From Oikopleura dioica (Eukaryota; Animalia; Chordata), in contig CAJRAX010000003.1 of assembly GCA_907165135.1 (NCBI GenBank), forward strand, positions 1-13,568: a DNA stretch of 13,568 nt. Direction: 5' to 3'. Below the pieces are notes generated by a model, which was given only the letters and a program-made list of their open reading frames with translations, was not told the DNA's origin and did no database searches. Every line of letters starts with the position of its first letter. Positions within the stretch are counted from its first letter, which is position 1. The position numbers and the translations under genes were made by a program. Shown one piece after another: positions 1-7,978 of this stretch.

Positions 1-3000
1 TTAACATCGTCTAAAAACGCAAAAACGCATCAAAAAATTTTCGCTATTTTTATGAACTTAACATCGTCTAAAAACGCAAAAACGCATCAAAAAATTTTCG
101 CGATTTTTATGAACTAAACATCGTCTAAAAACGCGAAAAATCCCATAAAAAATTTTCGCGATTTTTATGAACTAAACATCGTCTTAAAACGCGAAAAATG
201 CATCAAAAAATTTTCGCGATTTTTATGAACTAAACATCGTCTAATAACGCAAAAACGCATCAAAAAATTTTCGCGATTTTTATGAACCAAACATCGTCGA
301 AAAACGCGAAAAAACGCATCAAAAATTTTCGCGATTTTTTGAACTAAACATTGTCTAAAAACGCGAAAAAACGCATCAAAAAATTTTCGCTATTTTTATG
401 AACTTAACATCGTCTAAAAACGCAAAAACGCATCAAAAATTTTCGCGATTTTTATGAACTAAACATCGTCTAAAAACGCGAAAAAACCCATAAAAAATTT
501 TCGCGATTTTGATGAACTAAACATCGTCTATAAGCGCGAAAAAACGCATCAAAAATTTTCGCGATTTTTATGAACTAAACATCGTCTAAAAACGCGAAAA
601 AATGCATCAAAAAATTTTCGCGATTTTTATGATTTTAACATCGTCTAAAAACGCGAAAAAACGCATCAAAAATTTTCGCGATTTTTATGAACTAAACATC
701 GTCTAAAAACGCGAAAAAACGCATCAAAAAATTTTCGCGATTTTTATAAACCAAACATCGTCTAAAAACGCGAAAAAACGCATCAAAAATTTTCGCGATT
801 TTTATGAACTAAACATCGTCTAAAAACGCGAAAAACGCATCAAAAATTTTCGCTATTTTTATGAACTAAACATCGTCTAAAAACGCAAAAACGCATTAAA
901 AAATTTTCGCGATTTTTATGAACTAAACATCGTCTAAAAACGCGTAAAAAAATGCATCAAATAATTTTCGCGATTTTTATGAACTTAACATCGTCTAAAA
1001 ACGCGAAAAAACGCATCAAAAAATTTCGCGATTTTTATGAACTTAACATCAACTAAAAACGCGAAAAAACGCATCAAAAAATTTTTGCGAATTAATTGAA
1101 CTTAACATCGTCTAAAAACGCGAAAAAACGCATCAAAAATTTTCGCGATTTTGATGTACTTAACATCGTCTAAAAGCGCGAAAAAACGCATCAAAAAATT
1201 TTCGCGAATTTTATGAACTTAACATCGTCTAAAAACGCGAAAAATGCATCCAAAAATTTCCGCGATTTTTAAGAACTAAACATCGTCTAAAAACGCGAAA
1301 AAACGCATCAAAAAATTTTCACGATTTTTATGAACTTGACATCGTCTAAAAACGCGAAAAAACGCATCAAAAAATTTTCGCGATTTTTATGAACTAAACA
1401 TCGTCTAAAAACGCGAAAAAACGCATCAAAAATTTTTCGCGATTTTTATGAACTAAACATCGTCTAAAAACGCGAAAAAATGCATCAAAAAATTTTTGCG
1501 ATTTTTATAAACTATACATCGTCTAAAAACGCGAAAAAACGCATCGAAAAAATTTCGCGATTTTTATGAACTTAACATCAACTAAAAACGCGAAAAAACG
1601 CATCAAAAAATTTTTGCGAATTTTATGAACTTAACATCGTCTAAAAACTCGAAAAAACGCATCAAAAAATTTTCGCGAATTTCATGAATTATACATCGTC
1701 TAAAAACGCGAAAAAACGCATCCAAAAATTTCCGCGATTTTTATGTACTAAACATCGTCTAAAAGCGCGAAAAAACGCATCAAAAAATTTTCGCGAATTT
1801 TATGAACTAAACATCGTCTAAAAACGCGAAAACATGCATCCAAAAATTTCCGCGATTTTTAAGAACTTGACATCGTCTTAAAACGCGAAAAAACGCATCA
1901 AAAAATTTTCGCGATTTTTATGAACTAAACATCGTCTAAAAACGCGAAAAAACGCATCAAAAAATTTTTCGCGATTTTTATGAACTAAACATCGTCTAAA
2001 AACGCGAAAAAAATGCATCAAAAAATTTTCGCGATTTTTATAAACTTAACATCGTCTAAAAACGCGAAAAAACGCATCGAAAAAATTTCGCGATTTTTAT
2101 GAACTTAACATCAACTCAAAACGCGAAAAAACGCATCAAAAAATTTTTGCGAATTTTATGAACTTAACATCGTCTAAAAACGCGAAAAAACGCATCAAAA
2201 AATTTTCGCGAATTTCATGAATTATACATCGTCTAAAAACGCGAAAAAACGCATCCAAAAATTTCTGCGATTTTTATGAACTAAACATCGTCTAAAAACG
2301 CGAAAAAACGCATCAAAAATTTTTACGATTTTTATGAACAAAACATCGTCTAATAACGCAAAAACGCATCAAAAAATTTTCGCGATTTTTATGAACCAAA
2401 CATCGTCGAAAAACGCGAAAAAACGCATCAAAAATTTTCGCGATTTTTTGAACTAAACATTGTCTAAAAACGCGAAAAAACGCATCAAAAAATTTTCGCT
2501 ATTTTTATAAACTTAACATCGTCTAAAAACGCAAAAACGCATCAAAAAATTTTCGCTATTTTTATGAACTTAACATCGTCTTAAAACGCAAAAAACGAAT
2601 CAAAAAATAAACTATACATCGTCTAAAAACGCGAAAAAACGCATCGAAAAAATTTCGCGATTTTTATGAACTTAACATCAACTAAAAACGCGAAAAAACG
2701 CATCAAAAAATTTTTGCGAATTTTATGAACTTAACATCGTCTAAAAACTCGAAAAAACGCATCAAAAAATTTTCGCGAATTTCATGAATTATACATCGTC
2801 TAAAAACGCGAAAAAACGCATCCAAAAATTTCCGCGATTTTTATGTACTAAACATCGTCTAAAAGCGCGAAAAAACGCATCAAAAAATTTTCGCGAATTT
2901 TATGAACTAAACATCGTCTAAAAACGCGAAAACATGCATCCAAAAATTTCCGCGATTTTTAAGAACTTGACATCGTCTTAAAACGCGAAAAAACGCATCA

Positions 3001-4282
3001 AAAAATTTTCGCGATTTTTATGAACTAAACATCGTCTAAAAACGCGAAAAAACGCATCAAAAAATTTTTCGCGATTTTTATGAACTAAACATCGTCTAAA
3101 AACGCGAAAAAATGCATCAAAAAATTTTCGCGATTTTTATAAACTTAACATCGTCTAAAAACGCGAAAAAACGCATCGAAAAATTTCGCGATTTTTATGA
3201 ACTTAACATCAACTCAAAACGCGAAAAAACGCATCAAAAAATTTTTGCGAATTTTATGAACTTAACATCGTCTAAAAACGCGAAAAAACGCATCAAAAAA
3301 TTTTCGCGAATTTCATGAATTATACATCGTCTAAAAACGCGAAAAAACGCATCCAAAAATTTCTGCGATTTTTATGAACTAAACATCGTCTAAAAACGCG
3401 AAAAAACGCATCAAAAATTTTTACGATTTTTATGAACAAAACATCGTCTAATAACGCAAAAACGCATCAAAAAATTTTCGCGATTTTTATGAACCAAACA
3501 TCGTCGAAAAACGCGAAAAAACGCATCAAAAATTTTCGCGATTTTTTGAACTAAACATTGTCTAAAAACGCGAAAAAACGCATCAAAAAATTTTCGCTAT
3601 TTTTATAAACTTAACATCGTCTAAAAACGCAAAAACGCATCAAAAAATTTTCGCTATTTTTATGAACTTAACATCGTCTTAAAACGCAAAAACGAATCAA
3701 AAAATTTTCGCGATTTTTATGAACTAAACATCGTCTAAAAACGCGAAAAAACCCATAAAAAATTTTCGCGATTTTGATGAACTAAACATCGTCTAAAAGC
3801 GCGAAAGAAACGCATCAAAAATTTTCACGATTTTTATGAACTAAACATCGTCTTAAAACGCGAAAAAACGCATCAAAAAATTTTCGCGATTTTTATAAAC
3901 CAAACATCGTCTAAAAACGCGAAAAAACGCATCAAAAATTTTCGCGATTTTTATGAACTAAACATCGTCTAAAAACGCAAAAACGCATCAAAAAATTTTC
4001 GCTATTTTTATGAACTAAACATCGTCTAAAAACGCAAAAACGCATTAAAAATTTTCGCGATTTTTATGAACTAAACATCGTCTAAAAACGCGAAAAAATG
4101 CATCAAATAATTTTCGCGATTTTTATGAACTTAACATCGTCTTAAAACGCGAAAAAACGCATCAAAAAATTTCGCGATTTTTATGAACTAAACATCGTCT
4201 AAAAACGCGAAAAAATGCATCAAATAATTTTCGCGATTTTTATGAACTTAACATCGTCTTAAAACGCGAAAAAACGCATTAA
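1..4282. repeat. ~59-bp tandem satellite, about 72 copies; consensus AAACATCGTCTAAAAACGCGAAAAAACGCATCAAAAAATTTTCGCGATTTTTATGAACT
   Basis: Continuous head-to-tail monomers from position 1 (open at the window edge) to ...AAAACGCATTAA at ~4282. A period of 59 reads directly at 1381-1439. Monomers differ by point variants and A/T-run length. Confidence 0.97.
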
Positions 4283-5077
4283 TATCAGTTAACGGAAGAA
4301 CATCAAAAGACAAAAAAATAAAAAAATATATAAAAATAAAATCGAATTCAATTTATTCACGGCCAGCTTCGCTAACTCGGATTGATTTTTGAAATTATCA
4401 CAAACAGACTGTTAAACGCGGAATCTTGAGCCAATTTCGTGGAATGCTTGCATGAGTACATCATAATCCCTTCTTGTAGCGTACGCGCTATTTCACATCA
4501 CCTAAGGCACATTAGCCGACCGTCTACGGGCGTTAATTATCACAATTTTAGGACTCATCAATGATTGCCAATCATTCTTTACTCTTATTCTTTTCTAGTT
4601 ACAGTAATAATCTTTCTTATTCCGCTTCTATAACGATTCTCTTCCTTGATTCTTCTGGACGACCTTAACGATCAAGAAAACTCAACGCGACGGATTCCTG
4701 CATTTTTAACCAGAACAAGTTGTATGTTCTATCATCCCCAGCCGAGTTCCGCATTTGCGGCTTGACAGTGTGACCCCGTGCCCCGCGGGATGGCGCTGTC
4801 AGTAACTGCTCCTGGTAGGCGTTTTTGTTTGAAACACTTTTTTGGCTCGATTTCAGGGTGAATGGCTATCTCCTGATTTAACGACAAAACCGAAGCTTTC
4901 TGCAAGGACGACAACTTCTTCTTCAGCGACAACGACAATTGCTTGGACTGACTACGATTTTGGAAAATGGATTTGATAACGTTTCTTATCAAAGTGATAT
5001 GGCCACATAGTGGGAAGTTGACCTTTGATAAGAATTTTTGCTTGGAATCGGCTGCTTTTACGAAAATGAAAACAACG

Positions 5078-5180
5078 AAGAAAACAAGCGCGCGAAAGTG
5101 CTGCGCCTTATTTGGAAAGAAAAACAAGTGCGCGAAATGCGCTCCGCCATATTTGGAAAGAAAGCCATCTGCGCGAATTG
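5078..5180 (+). repeat. Imperfect ~40-41-bp direct repeat, ~2.5 copies, in the element leader
   Basis: AAAACAAG at 5081 and 5121; GCGCGAA at 5090, 5130 and 5171; TATTTGGAAAGAAA at ~5109 and ~5150. Confidence 0.8.
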
Positions 5181-5307
5181 AAATTTGAAATTTCTGAAAA
5201 TCTGAAAATCACTCTCTATCAAACCAAATACAAAAAGCACCGATTCCCGAATTTTTGTGTGTCTCCTTTGCAAGTCAATTAGCTAAGAGATTAATTAAAA
5301 CGGCATC

Positions 5308-6442
5308 ATGGCGACCACTGAAACGAGCCTGCAAACAAAGGTACACAAAATGCCTGAAGAATTGCTTTTTCGCATTTTCCCACTCTAAACCCGAGACAAT
5401 TTTTTCGACTGAACATGCTCCCTTTCGAATTTATGAATTCTAAGAATAGCCTTAAAGACAAGATTCAAGCAATGAAAACAATTTTTGAGAAGTCAATTAA
5501 AGATCACGGGCGAGAGAGTGATAAGGAAAATTTGCTTTCTCAATTTGAGCGTGCTTCTGTGGATTGCGTTCGCAATAACTGCAATCATGATTTTCTTAAT
5601 AATTACGCGCGAGAAATGTCAAATTTGGGGACAGTTGAGGGAGCTTTTGAGTTTTTGGAAAGTCTTTTCGGTTCGGAAACGGAGGAGGAAAAAAGGAGCG
5701 CGCGTCTTTGGACCTTGAAAATCTAACTAGAAGAACGGACATGAACGAGAAATTTTCGGCATTCCTGCAACGAATTAAAACGGTCGCTAAGCTCATTTCT
5801 GATAAGCAGGATGCCGTTGACTTTATCGTTGATGCGCATTTTTCAAAAAATCTAGAGCCCTCTAATCGCACGTTTTTACGGGACCACGGGTTTAATAAAA
5901 AGACTACCGCTGAAATTGTTGCCTTCTTGGATTCTCGTGAACGATATCTTAGTGTTAATATTTCCGCCGTTCACGGGAATGAATTCTCTTCGTTCGTTGA
6001 TAAGACAAGCGAGATTTTAGATGCAAAATTGACCCAAATGGAAACCATGTACGAAAAAAGAGCAGCCGAGTTTACTGAGAGTATTGAAAGACTGACTGCT
6101 ACTGTCGCTAAACTCGAGCTTGAAAAGAGTAAAGCTGATAAGAGACCAAATTTTCAGCCTCAAAATCCCCCTATGCCCCAAATGCCTCAGATGCCTCAGA
6201 TGCCCCAAATGACCGCCCCGAGATTTCCTTCTCCGTTTTGGGGCTCACAGCCAGGTCAGGTTAATCAAGGTCCCGGCTACGTGCCACGCCCAACCGCTTT
6301 TTGCTTTAATTGCAATCAATATGGCCATTTTAAGTCCCGCTGCCCTAAAATTTTGTGTTTCAATTGCCACAAGCATGGACATATCGGTCGTTACTGTCCA
6401 AATAAGCAAAACCAGGAGAAAATCACTGAGTCAAAAAACTAG
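5308..6442 (+). CDS. gag: Gag polyprotein reconstructed across two homopolymer frameshifts
   Basis: ATG at 5308 in atcATGG context gives MATTETSLQ... Adding one T at 5366-5370 joins ORF 5415-5726, and adding one A at 5689-5694 joins ORF 5708-6442. The C-terminal part has a likely coiled coil, a P/Q/M-rich linker and two CX2CX4HX4C knuckles, ending ESKN-TAG. The start codon is less certain than the C-terminus. Confidence 0.85.
5309..5318 (+). promoter_or_regulatory. Candidate primer-binding site, tRNA-Arg-like (TGGCGACCAC), directly after a CA dinucleotide
   Basis: ...GGCATCA|TGGCGACCACTG. TGGCGACC is the known start of tRNA-Arg(UCG)-type PBSs such as the 412/mdg1 group. The match is short, host tRNAs are unknown, and there is no second LTR to confirm the boundary. 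Confidence 0.4.
6173..6211 (+). repeat. 9-bp coding repeat (ATG CCY CAR)x4 plus ATG, encoding MPQMPQMPQMPQM
   Basis: ATGCCCCAA ATGCCTCAG ATGCCTCAG ATGCCCCAA ATG, in the gag frame. Confidence 0.9.
6302..6397 (+). other. Two tandem CCHC zinc knuckles (nucleocapsid)
   Basis: CFNCNQYGHFKSRC (6302-6343) and CFNCHKHGHIGRYC (6356-6397), both exact CX2CX4HX4C. Confidence 0.95.
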
Positions 6443-6475
6443 AAATTGAGCCCGATTCTAGCCAAATCAGGGTTC
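6433..6475 (+). promoter_or_regulatory. Programmed -1 ribosomal frameshift signal (gag to pol)
   Basis: Heptamer A_AAA_AAC (6433-6439) is in the gag frame immediately before the gag stop. An 8-nt spacer follows, then the hairpin GAGCCC-GATT/CTAGCCA/AATC-A-GGGTTC (6448-6475). The -1 frame runs open from 6439 into the protease DTG motif. Confidence 0.85.
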
Positions 6476-7978
6476 CACAAATTTCAATAAACAATATTGG
6501 ACAACAATTTTATGCAAATGTAAATATTTTTGGTAATTCCGTACGTTTCCTTGTAGATACTGGTGCACAGATTTCAATCATCTCACAGAAAAATATCCCA
6601 AAAAATATAAAAATTCAAAAACAAAAATAAACGTTGTCAATTATTCTGGTGGCAGAATTGATATTATCGGAAAAATTGAAGCCAGCGCAATAATTGGCAA
6701 TGATATACCAATTAAAACAGTTTTTTATGTCGTTTCAAATGATTTTTGCCCCATTCTTGGTACCCCAGCACTTGAAAATAATGAAATTTTAATAAATCTT
6801 AAACGAAAGCGTCTTATTCAAGCCGGACCTATTGAAAGATTCGCAAAGTTGAACGAGTTGAAAAGTGACCCAACGATAGCGCCGATTGAAAATAACTCCG
6901 CTTGTATTCCCGATGAATCTTTTGAGGCTTTTTCTAAAGAAACCCTTACATTTAAAGCAAAATCTGAAGTCATTATCGATCTTCATGTTCAAGGTTTATT
7001 ATCAACAAAAATCTGTTTTTTGAAGAGTCAAATTTGGGTGATTCAAAGTTGCAATTGATTCCTAGTTTTCAAACTGTTGATAATAAAGCTCCAATTTTTA
7101 GATGCCTTGTCGTAAATCCAACTGATTCAAGTATTCGCATTCCCTCGGGAACAACCTTCGTCAAACTTTTTGAGATAGTGGAAATTGCAAGAGTGAGTAA
7201 AGTTGAGAATAAAAATCTCAAAAATATTGAAGTTGGTACTATTAACTCCCCTGTAGTCAAAGATCAGTTTTGGGAAATGGCAGACGAGTTTTCTTTTCTT
7301 CTTTTGGACAGCGACGACCCCTTGCCCGCATGCACGCTCGAGAAATTTACAATTGAAACAGATTCAAAAATTCCGATTGCGGTGCCCCCTTATCGAACGC
7401 CCTTTAGTTTACGGTCAGAAATGTGGAAAAATCTCTCTCATTTAACAAAACGGGATATTATAGAGCGTTGCACAAGCCCGTGGAATAGTCCCTGTCTGCT
7501 CGTTAGAAAAAGATGGTAGCTTTAGACTTGTTATTGATTTCCGACAGCTCAATAATGTAACATTACAGCAGCATCACCCCCTTCCCCATCTCGAAGACAG
7601 CTTATCATACCTCGAAAAAGTAGGGTTTTTAGTTCGTGTGATCTCATAAAAGGGTTCTATCAGATAGAGTTAGATGATCAATCAAAGGACAAAACAGCTT
7701 TTAGTAACGAGTTTGGGCAGTTTAGATTTAAGAGAATGCCGATGGGCGCTAAAAACAGTCCATCGCATTTTATGAGAATTATGGATAAAGTCCTAATAGA
7801 CACCAAAAAACTGAAATTTTAGCGTATATGGACGATGTTCTATGTCATAGTGTCACCGAGGAGGAACACCTTTTATGTCTTCGAAAATTTTTACAATTTT
7901 GAGTGCAAATAATTTAAGAATTAACAGTCGTAAAGCCGTCTTTTTCAAAGAACAATAAATTTTTGTGGATACAGGGTT
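6439..7978 (+). CDS. pol: Pol polyprotein (PR-spacer-RT), 3'-truncated at the telomere junction and broken by seven homopolymer frameshifts
   Basis: Manual translation gives LEIEPDSSQIRVPQISINNIGQQFYANVNIFGNSVRFLVDTGAQISII...PILGTPAL...PYRTP...SPWNSPCLLVRK[K]DGSFRLVIDFRQLN...SCDLIKGFYQI...KTAFSNEFGQFRFKRMPMGAKNSPSHF...AYMDDVL...KAVFFKEQ[I]NFCGYRV. No in-frame stops remain after frame repair. Confidence 0.9.
6499..6800 (+). other. Retropepsin-type aspartic protease domain
   Basis: FLVDTGAQISII with catalytic DTG at 6556-6564, and the second motif ILG at 6753-6761 after a 1-nt frame repair at 6617-6621. Domain edges are approximate. Confidence 0.9.
7346..7978 (+). other. Reverse transcriptase domain, fingers/palm through primer grip; thumb missing
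   Basis: YMDD at 7825-7836, first catalytic Asp in SCDLIKG at 7640-7642, MPMG at 7736-7747, primer-grip-like FCGY at 7961-7972. Confidence 0.93.

Larger units (their letters stand above)
4283..7978 (+). mobile_element. 3'-truncated Ty3/gypsy-type LTR retrotransposon (leader/possible LTR, gag, pro, partial RT; no RNase H, integrase or 3' LTR)
   Basis: Domain order is Gag(CCHC x2)-PR(DTG)-RT with no integrase between PR and RT, which excludes Ty1/copia. RT motifs are gypsy-like (PYR, SPWNSP, KDGSFRLVIDFRQLN, DLIKGFYQI, KTAF, MPMG, YMDD). The 5' boundary is uncertain and was set at the satellite end. Confidence 0.88.

Noticed and set aside
3112-3318. 68-aa ORF from the track
   Set aside because: Chance open frame across satellite monomers.
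1-4282. CRISPR array
   Set aside because: Monomers are contiguous with no unique spacers, there are no cas genes, and the context is eukaryotic.
4287-4293. AGTTAAC as a gypsy-clade LTR start next to the satellite end
   Set aside because: Only a 7-nt resemblance, with no matching LTR end beside a PBS and no second LTR or target-site duplication to test it.
4477-4560. Hammerhead-like motifs on the minus strand (TGATGAG...GAAA TAGCG-CGTA-CGCTA)
   Set aside because: The core reads TTGATGA rather than CTGANGA, stem II does not close next to GAAA, position 16.1 is C rather than U, and stem I does not form adjacently.
4560-4576. Palindrome AATGATTG-C-CAATCATT
   Set aside because: An isolated 8-bp-arm AT-rich dyad is plausible by chance and has no supporting context.
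4769-4778. TGTGACCCCG as a tRNA-Trp PBS
   Set aside because: It lacks the obligatory TGG start and diverges right after CCCCG.
4732-5443. Short ORFs 4732-5127(-), 4967-5188(+), 5058-5273(-) and 5255-5443(+) as accessory or env genes
   Set aside because: No recognisable motif, signal peptide or convincing transmembrane segment; they overlap each other and the leader repeats.
5485-7260. ORFs 5485-5718(+), 5596-5871(-), 6017-6208(-), 6789-6992(-) and 7069-7260(-)
   Set aside because: Shadow frames of gag/pol with no independent features.
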